Assembly: GCA_005191425.1 (NCBI GenBank)
Contig: SUPR01000077.1
Span: 1-16,316, forward strand
Direction: 5' to 3'
Source: Candidatus Helarchaeota ASGARD archaeon Hel_GB_B
Lineage (GTDB): Archaea; Asgardarchaeota; Lokiarchaeia; Helarchaeales; HEL-GB-B
Length of the DNA: 16,316 bases
Each line of letters begins with the position of its first letter. Position 1 is the first letter of the stretch. This document shows, in pieces, positions 15,204 through 16,316 of the stretch. The notes under the pieces were generated by a model. That model was not told the DNA's origin. It was given only the letters and a program-made list of their open reading frames with translations, and did not search any database. Made by a program: the position numbers and the translations under genes.

Positions 15204-16316
15204 AAATCAGGGTCTGTCTAATAGATGATTCAGTAGGTCTTACTGGAAGCGGAATTTATTTATATTTCATAGCCAAAAAGTTATTGGAAAAAAATAATCA
15301 AGTATTTTATATTCATCAAGTGGATACCAAGCATATAAATGATTTAAAATCATCTAATAATTTTAAGTCCATAAAAATCGGTGAAAAATTTCATAATAAA
15401 CTTCTAATGCTAAATAAATTGAGTTATATTACACCCTTAAAATCTGTTATTAAAGAATTATTAGAAAAAAATGATATTGATTTAGTGCATTTTAATGAAT
15501 CATTTAATCCATATTTTTTAAGTATAAATCCGACTTTAAACAAATTTAATGTTAAATCGATAACTACAGCGCATGGTTGTGCTAATTATGAATCTGTAAA
15601 AATTGTTTCACATCCATTAGTGGGTTTATTGGAAAAAGTTTCACATTTGATTTATTATCCACCGCTTTTATCTTACGAAATATTGAATTTACCAAAAATA
15701 CCACACTATATCTGCGTTACCAAGGGAGTTAAGAAGCAATTAACAAAAATAGGACGGAAATTTTGGTATAAAGATTTTTCACCTAAAATGCGATATATTC
15801 CAAATGGAATTGACCTTAAAAAATTTTCATTAAGAACACCTGATGATAAATATTTAAAAGAATATAAAAAGACCGAGAATGAAATAATAATTTTGTTTTC
15901 AGGAGGTTTAGTAATCAGAAAATTACCATTTTTGTTAATTAAAAGTTTTTATTTGCTTTTGAAAAAAGTACAGAATGTACGATTAATTTTTGTAGGGGGA
16001 GGAAGATTATTAAATTTATGTAAAATTCTTGTACATTCTTTAGATATTCAAGATAAAGTGAATTTCTTGGGATATGTAGAACACAATGAAATTCCAAAAA
16101 TATTATCAATTGCAAATATTTTTGTATTACCTTCAATTTACGAAACTCCAGGAATTAGCTTATTAGAAGCAATGGCGATGAAAGTCCCTGTAATCGCATC
16201 AAATTTACCAGATATTAATGAATTGATAATTAATAAAAAAAATGGGATATTATTCGACAATGATAATGATGCTATAAAAAATTTATATAAAAAACTAAAA
16301 GAATTGATTATGGACG
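15200..16316 (+). CDS. GT4 glycosyltransferase, 3'-truncated by the window edge, at least 372 codons, probable ATA start; absent from the ORF track
   Basis: Hand translation is open from 15200 to the end: IKIRVCLIDDSVGLTGSG...DIDLVH...SITTAHG...YIPNGID...ILFSGGLVIRK...FVGGG...NIFVLPSIYETPGISLLEAMAMKVPVIAS (E-X7-E). An in-frame TGA at 15197-15199 bounds the 5' end. Confidence 0.92.
   Translation, partial: MKIRVCLIDDSVGLTGSGIYLYFIAKKLLEKNNQVFYIHQVDTKHINDLKSSNNFKSIKIGEKFHNKLLMLNKLSYITPLKSVIKELLEKNDIDLVHFNESFNPYFLSINPTLNKFNVKSITTAHGCANYESVKIVSHPLVGLLEKVSHLIYYPPLLSYEILNLPKIPHYICVTKGVKKQLTKIGRKFWYKDFSPKMRYIPNGIDLKKFSLRTPDDKYLKEYKKTENEIIILFSGGLVIRKLPFLLIKSFYLLLKKVQNVRLIFVGGGRLLNLCKILVHSLDIQDKVNFLGYVEHNEIPKILSIANIFVLPSIYETPGISLLEAMAMKVPVIASNLPDINELIINKKNGILFDNDNDAIKNLYKKLKELIMD

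Noticed and set aside
15195-15228. Programmed frameshift fusing GT2 and GT4, or a start at GTG 15196
   Set aside because: TGA at 15197-15199 blocks the -1 frame and there is no slippery heptamer. GTG 15196 is in another frame and stops after 10 codons.
13994-16136. Minus-strand ORFs 13994-14278 and 15939-16136
   Set aside because: Antisense to the GT2s and to the untracked GT4 at 15200-16316.
1-16316. CRISPR arrays, tRNA/rRNA, IS elements, integrases, individual TATA-box calls
   Set aside because: No spaced repeats, structured GC-rich RNA, transposase or recombinase motifs were seen. TATA-like strings are too frequent at this AT content to call individually.

Overview
Very AT-rich surface-glycan biosynthesis locus, probably archaeal (inference only). 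It has 14 complete CDSs, one 3'-truncated GT4 missed by the ORF track (15200->16316) and a possible 9-codon gene start at the left edge. The genes fall in six alternating-strand blocks: (-) polyprenyl/dolichyl-phosphate sugar synthase-like GT2; (+) Wzx/MATE-type flippase; (-) rfbF-rfbG-RmlC-like cupin-RmlD-like reductase-rfbH-GT4; (+) GT2-SAM methyltransferase-GT4; (-) small AT3/DUF1624-like membrane acyltransferase; (+) GT2-GT2-GT4. The best candidate for something undescribed is the CDP-sugar cassette. It has an intact PMP/[2Fe-2S] 3-dehydrase (E1) but no E3 reductase and no abequose/paratose/tyvelose enzymes in the window. Its cupin epimerase plus RmlD-type reductase would instead predict an L-configured 3,6-dideoxyhexose (ascarylose-type logic), next to methyl- and acyl-tailoring genes. 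Other notable signals: a probable ATA start overlapping the upstream TAA (ATAA instead of ATGA), a shortened and motif-altered acyltransferase, and a perfect 22-bp palindrome in a divergent promoter. No RNA genes, CRISPR arrays or mobile elements were seen. All product calls come from motif reading, not database searches.
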